Assembly: GCA_038896535.1 (NCBI GenBank)
Contig: JAWACY010000001.1
Location: forward strand, 160,001-224,000
Length of the DNA: 64,000 nt
DNA from: Candidatus Anstonellales archaeon
Lineage (GTDB): Archaea; Micrarchaeota; Micrarchaeia; Anstonellales; J096
Reading direction: 5' to 3'
Shown here: one piece after another, positions 59,011 to 64,000 of the stretch
Numbering within the stretch: the stretch's first letter is position 1
Layout: each line of letters begins with the position of its first letter
Notes under the pieces: generated by a model
What the model saw: the letters and a program-made list of their open reading frames with translations, nothing else
What the model was told of the DNA's origin: nothing
Database searches by the model: none
Translations under genes and position numbers: made by a program

Positions 59011-61369
59011 GTTCTACACCACTATTAAAAGCTATGGCAACAGATGCTATCTCATCATCTTTTAATTTCATAAGCCTGACCCCATGGCTATTTCTCCCAT
59101 ATTCTGGTATATTTTCGCACTTAATATTTATAACCATTCCCTTTTTGCTTGTTATTATTAAATTATCACTTTTCTTTACATTCCCTGAGCAAAATACAAC
59201 ATTTTCATTTTCGCCCTTTAATTTTATATTTATTATCCCAGACCCTCCTCTTTTCTGTAATCTATAGTCATTGATATCTGTAAATCTTCCATAACCTGAT
59301 GAGGTTATTGTTAATACGCTTTTTTCTGTTATGCTTGATATGCTTATTGCATTATCCCCATTTCCTATTTTTATTGCCCTTACCCCAATTGCTGTTCTCC
59401 CGCTCTCTCTTAAATCAGATGCCTTGAATAATATTGCTTTACCCTTTTTTGTTGCTACAAGCAAAGGCTCATTATTATTTATTGTAACATCAGCAAGCGA
59501 GTCGTTTTGTTTAAATGTTATTGCTCTTATTCCATTTACCCTTATATTAGAAAAAGCATCTGCTTCAACCTTTTTTGCGATGCCCATTTTTGTAAGCATC
59601 ACTACACTCTGGCCCGGCTTTAATACAATTGCTCTCAACAATTTTTCATCACTTTCAAGTTTTATCAAATTTCCTATAAAAATGCCTTTTGCATATCTGC
59701 TTTCTATTGGTATTTCAGAGACATTCAAGCTATAAACTTTGCCCCTATCAGTGAAAACAAGGACTTTTTCATTGCTCATGGCATTTAACATTGCTAATAT
59801 ATCCTGTTCATGAGATGATATTCTTATTCCAACCCCGCCTCTGTGCTGTTCTTTTATCTCAGCAGGATTGACTCTTTTTATATACCCCTGATTTGTTATT
59901 ATGACAAGGCTTTCTTCTAAATACTCTTTTGTTTCAATGCCATGCTCTAATATTTGGGTTCTTCTATTAATAGAATAATTATTTTTTATCTCCTCTATCT
60001 CTTGTTTTATTATATTATCTATTTTTTCACTTGATGCCAATATGTCTTTGCATTCTTTAACATATCTTTCTGTTTCAAGCATCTCTTTTTTTATCGCCTC
60101 TCTTTCTAATGAAGCAAGCCTTTGTAATTTTATATCAAGTATTGCATCTGCTTGTTTTTCATCTATTCCATATGCCTTCATAAGCTCTTTTTTTGCTGTG
60201 CTGGCATTATCAGATTCTTTTATTATTTTTATAGCCCTATCTATATCAGATATTGCCATAACTATGCCTTTTAACATATGTAATTTTTCTTCTGCTTTTT
60301 TTAATCTGAATGCTGTCCTCCTTGTTATTACCTGCCTTCTAAAATCAATGAAATAATCAAGCATCTCCTCAAGCGTTAAAAGTCTTGGCCTGCCATTTAC
60401 AAGAGCAATGTTTATTGCATAATAATTTGTTTTAAGTGAAGTTGTTTCATAAAGTTTTTGTAAAACAATTTCTGGTTTATAACCCCTTTTTACTTTTATT
60501 TCTATTAAAAGGCCTTTCTTATCGCTCCTATCATGTAAATCGGCTATACCATCAACGCTGCCATTTTTAACAGCATTCACTATTTCTTCTATGATTTTTG
60601 TCTTACTTACTTTGTATGGGATTTCAGTAATCTTTATCATATCTCCATCAATTTCAGCTTTTGCCATTAAAACTATCTTTCCTTTTCCACTAGCATAAAG
60701 TTGCCTTATTCCTTCATTGCTTTGTATAATGCCCCCAGTAGGAAAATCAGGCCCTTTTATATACTCTAAAGCATTTGGTTGCTTATTCAATTTTGCTATT
60801 AATGCATTACAAACTTCTGCTAAATTGTGGGGCGGTATTTCAGAAACCATTGCTACAGCTATGCCAGAACTGCCATTTATTAGCAATTGCGGTATTTTTG
60901 ATGGCAAAACAACTGGCTCTTTTGTTGTATTATCAAAATTCGGTCTAAAATCAACAACATCCTCTTCTATGTCTGCAAGCATTTCTTCTGCAATTTTTGA
61001 TAATCTTACTTCTGTATACCTCATAGCTGCTGGGGGGTCATTATCTATGCTCCCAAAATTTCCTTGCCCGTCTATTAATGGATAAGCCATAGAGAAATCC
61101 TGTGCCATTCTAACAAGTGCTTCATACAATGCAGCATCTCCATGCGGGTGGTAATGGCCAAGAGCATGGCCAACAACTCTGGCACTTTTTATGTATGGCC
61201 TGTTATGGTAATTGTTAAGTTCTTTCATTGAATACAAAATTCTTCTATGCACTGGCTTTAGCCCATCTCTTATATCTGGCAAAGCCCTTGCGACAATAAT
61301 GCTCATTGCATAGCTTATATAACTTTTTTTCAGTTCATCTTCAACATTTACCATATGTTCATATGTCAA
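58994..61369 (-). CDS. gyrA: DNA gyrase subunit A
   Basis: '[16 protein letters not shown]', 'HPHGD', catalytic 'AAMRYTE', GyrA-box 'QHRGGVG'. TTG at 61369 after a GGAGG RBS preferred. Confidence 0.97.
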   Translation of the reverse strand: MTYEHMVNVEDELKKSYISYAMSIIVARALPDIRDGLKPVHRRILYSMKELNNYHNRPYIKSARVVGHALGHYHPHGDAALYEALVRMAQDFSMAYPLIDGQGNFGSIDNDPPAAMRYTEVRLSKIAEEMLADIEEDVVDFRPNFDNTTKEPVVLPSKIPQLLINGSSGIAVAMVSEIPPHNLAEVCNALIAKLNKQPNALEYIKGPDFPTGGIIQSNEGIRQLYASGKGKIVLMAKAEIDGDMIKITEIPYKVSKTKIIEEIVNAVKNGSVDGIADLHDRSDKKGLLIEIKVKRGYKPEIVLQKLYETTSLKTNYYAINIALVNGRPRLLTLEEMLDYFIDFRRQVITRRTAFRLKKAEEKLHMLKGIVMAISDIDRAIKIIKESDNASTAKKELMKAYGIDEKQADAILDIKLQRLASLEREAIKKEMLETERYVKECKDILASSEKIDNIIKQEIEEIKNNYSINRRTQILEHGIETKEYLEESLVIITNQGYIKRVNPAEIKEQHRGGVGIRISSHEQDILAMLNAMSNEKVLVFTDRGKVYSLNVSEIPIESRYAKGIFIGNLIKLESDEKLLRAIVLKPGQSVVMLTKMGIAKKVEADAFSNIRVNGIRAITFKQNDSLADVTINNNEPLLVATKKGKAILFKASDLRESGRTAIGVRAIKIGNGDNAISISSITEKSVLTITSSGYGRFTDINDYRLQKRGGSGIINIKLKGENENVVFCSGNVKKSDNLIITSKKGMVINIKCENIPEYGRNSHGVRLMKLKDDEIASVAIAFNSGVEHDAEK

Positions 61370-63248
61370 GTTCTCCCTCCAAAGCATATGTTTCTATGAA
61401 TGTCTTTCTTTTCTCTACATCTTCCCCCATTAATATTGAAAAAAGTTCATCTGCTATCTCAGCATCCTTTATTGTTACTTTATCAATTATTCTTTTTTCT
61501 GGCTGCATTGTTGTTTCCCATAATTGTTCTGGATTCATTTCTCCAAGGCCCTTATATCTTTGTATATTGCAATTTCCAATTTTATTTACTATGTTTTCTT
61601 TTTCTTCTTCTGAATATGCATAGTATATTGCCTTTCCTTTTGTTATCTTATAGAGTGGGGGATGTGCTATGTATATATGGCCATTTTCTATTAAAGGCCT
61701 CATATACCTAAAAAAGAACGTAAGAAGCAAGGTTTTTATGTGGTTCCCATCAACATCAGCATCAGTCATGATTATGATTTTTCCATATCTTAATTTACTT
61801 ATATCAAATTCCTCCTTTATGCCAGTGCCAATAGCTGTTATCAATGCCCTTATTTCTTCATTACTCAAAACCTTTATCCTGTTTGCTTTTTCAACATTTA
61901 TGACTTTTCCTTTTAATGGCATTATTGCTTGAAATTCTCTTGCTCTTGCCTGCTTTGCACTGCCACCAGCGCTTTCTCCTTCGACAATAAATAGCTCTGC
62001 TTTCTCAACATTTTTCTCAATACAATCAGCAAGCTTTCCAGGAAGCATGCTTGTTTCAAAGACACTTTTCCTCCTAACTGTTTCCTTTGCTTTTCTTGCT
62101 GCCTCTCTTGCTTCCATCGCTGATATTACTTTTTTCATTATTATTTTTGCATCTTCTCCATGCCTCTCAAGCCATTCTTGGAATTTGTCATAAAAAATTC
62201 TTTCAACAATGCCCTTTATTTCATTATTGCCCAGCTTTGTTTTTGTTTGCCCTTCAAATTGCGGGGATGGTATTCTAACATGCAAGACGGCAGCAAGCCC
62301 TTCAAGCACATCCTCGCCAGAAACCTTTTGGCTCTGGCCATTTTTTCTCATATACTCATTTATGCCTCTTGTTAAAGCTGCCTTAAATCCTATTACATGA
62401 GTTCCCCCTTCTTCATTTCTTATTGTATTTGTAAATGCATGTATTGAATCATAAAATGTTTCATTGTATTGCAATGCTATTTCTATTGCAACGTTTCCTG
62501 CAATAGCATCATTCTCTTCTGATTTAATATATGCTATATTTTCATGTATTGGTTTTTTTGCCTCATTAATTGCCTTAACGAAATCTATAAGGCCGTTGTT
62601 AAATAAATATTTTTCCATCTCCCCATTGAATATAAATGTTATTGAAAGTCCAGGATTAAGGTAGGCTATTTCTTTTAATCTTGTTCTTATAATTGAGCTG
62701 TCCCATTGCTCATCGCCAAATATCTCTTTATCAGGCACAAACTTAACTATTGTTCCTGTTTCTGAATTTTCTGTTTTTCCTATCTCCTCAACCTGGCTCA
62801 ATACATTGCCCTTTGAGTATTTTTGTCTATATATTTTATTATTTCTTTTTACGATAACTTCCATTTCTTGCGATAAGGCACATACAACGCTAATACCAAC
62901 ACCATGTAAGCCGCCAGAGACTTTATAAGCAGTTTTTTCAAATTTTCCTCCTGCATGCAGCATTGTAACAACAGTTTCTAAAGTGCTTTTTCCTGTTTCT
63001 GGATGTGTTTCAACTGGAATGCCTCTTCCATCATCGCTTATTATTGCAGCATTTCCCTGTATTTCTACAATAATATTTTTGCAATAGCCAGCCATTGCTT
63101 CATCGACACTGTTATCTATAACCTCCCATAAAAGGTGGTGCATGCCCTTTTTTCCAGTATCTCCTATATACATTGCTGGCCTTAATCTTACGCCCTCAAG
63201 CCCTTTCAATACTTTAATATCCTTCGCCGTGTATTCATTATTTTCCAA
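61359..63248 (-). CDS. gyrB: DNA gyrase subunit B
   Basis: '[10 protein letters not shown]', 'EVIDNSVDE', 'DDGRGIP', 'SGGLHGVG', TOPRIM 'VEGESAGG', 'MTDADVDG', 'RYKGLGEM'. TTG at 63248 after GGTGGT preferred. Confidence 0.97.
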   Translation of the reverse strand: MENNEYTAKDIKVLKGLEGVRLRPAMYIGDTGKKGMHHLLWEVIDNSVDEAMAGYCKNIIVEIQGNAAIISDDGRGIPVETHPETGKSTLETVVTMLHAGGKFEKTAYKVSGGLHGVGISVVCALSQEMEVIVKRNNKIYRQKYSKGNVLSQVEEIGKTENSETGTIVKFVPDKEIFGDEQWDSSIIRTRLKEIAYLNPGLSITFIFNGEMEKYLFNNGLIDFVKAINEAKKPIHENIAYIKSEENDAIAGNVAIEIALQYNETFYDSIHAFTNTIRNEEGGTHVIGFKAALTRGINEYMRKNGQSQKVSGEDVLEGLAAVLHVRIPSPQFEGQTKTKLGNNEIKGIVERIFYDKFQEWLERHGEDAKIIMKKVISAMEAREAARKAKETVRRKSVFETSMLPGKLADCIEKNVEKAELFIVEGESAGGSAKQARAREFQAIMPLKGKVINVEKANRIKVLSNEEIRALITAIGTGIKEEFDISKLRYGKIIIMTDADVDGNHIKTLLLTFFFRYMRPLIENGHIYIAHPPLYKITKGKAIYYAYSEEEKENIVNKIGNCNIQRYKGLGEMNPEQLWETTMQPEKRIIDKVTIKDAEIADELFSILMGEDVEKRKTFIETYALEGELDI

Positions 63249-63417
63249 AATACCACCTACATAGCAATATAAGAAAAAAACATTGTTATTCTTGTTATTA
63301 ATATTAATTATCAATATTTTTATTTATTTTTATCATTTTACTCATATTTTTATTTTGCTCATATTTTTCATAACACAAAATATCATAGCCGTATCATCGC
63401 CATATAATAGCCAATCA

Positions 63418-63999
63418 TCACGCCAACATATTCTTTGCTTGTTCAGCATTTTTGCTTAATTCTTCAATAACTTCTTTTTTAGCTATTATTAATATTGTTT
63501 TATCACCAACCTTTTTTATAACCATGCTATTGCTTAATCCCTCTGCATTTAATGCCTCTGTTCCAATAAAGTCAATTTCTTCTTTTATCAACGCAGCAAG
63601 ATTTTTCATTAAACTTTTCTTTTCTTGCTTTATATAAGATGCAATAATGTTCTTATCTTTTAAAACTATGATTGCTGAAACCTTATCTTTTTTATCTTTG
63701 TACAAATGCTCTATATAGATATCTGCTTTCTGCTCTTCTGTCAATTTTCTTTTTACAAGCATTACTCCCTCTATTGAACTGAATTTTTCTGGATGTTCTT
63801 TAATGTATTCTTTTGCTGCCCAGAAGCGCCATTCTATTGGTATAGCAACAAGCGCATCAAGAGGGAGTTGATCAACTTTTTCTATTTTTTCATTTATATA
63901 ATCAAGCCATTCTCTTCTTTTTTGTTTTGCCAGTTCGACCTTTTGACTTACAGATGCTGATATGCTATTAACAGCATTTATATAACCGACTATTTTGTC
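63418..63999 (-). CDS. C-terminal part of a longer hypothetical protein running off the window edge; possible roadblock/longin-like C-domain
   Basis: The frame of ORF 63418..63762 stays open upstream to 63999 (DKIVGYINAV...IPIEWRFWAAKEYIKEHPEKFSSIEGVMLVKR...). Confidence 0.65.
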   Translation of the reverse strand, partial: DKIVGYINAVNSISASVSQKVELAKQKRREWLDYINEKIEKVDQLPLDALVAIPIEWRFWAAKEYIKEHPEKFSSIEGVMLVKRKLTEEQKADIYIEHLYKDKKDKVSAIIVLKDKNIIASYIKQEKKSLMKNLAALIKEEIDFIGTEALNAEGLSNSMVIKKVGDKTILIIAKKEVIEELSKNAEQAKNMLA

Positions 64000-64000
64000 T

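Noticed and set aside
63418..63762. Independent 114-aa gene
   Set aside because: The frame is open without a stop to the window edge, so it is probably the 3' part of a longer CDS.

Overview
AT-rich archaeal chromosomal segment, most consistent with a DPANN archaeon of the Micrarchaeota. The placement is an inference from the three-unit epsilon-type tRNA splicing endonuclease, archaeal class I CCA enzyme, aIF5B, aEF-2, RadA, GatD, Pus10, the AMP phosphorylase/R15P isomerase pair, ADP-forming acetate-CoA ligase and DNA gyrase. The window is gene-dense and mostly housekeeping: about 55 CDS and 4 tRNAs, one with a 37/38 intron. I saw no integrase, transposase, cas1 or CRISPR array. The most unusual structure is a dispersed family of 38-bp palindromes (GTAAGAAGGC-N18-GCCTTCTTAC) in short tandem arrays at 6.8, 19.8-20.2, 47.5 and 54.8 kb, with a remnant at 8.3 kb. 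Three of the arrays lie just 3' of tRNA genes in the sense orientation, and their 18-nt loops are built from interchangeable 9+9-nt halves joined at an invariant CT. Other notable points are an Rqc2/NFACT gene split into halves 15 kb apart, a stand-alone Cas2-like ORF inside a 13-bp inverted repeat, a second non-catalytic EndA-like subunit, nucleotide-identical D1/D2 blocks inside two AAA ATPase genes, and many short tandem duplications in intergenic DNA. All protein calls come from motif recognition by eye; no database searches were run.
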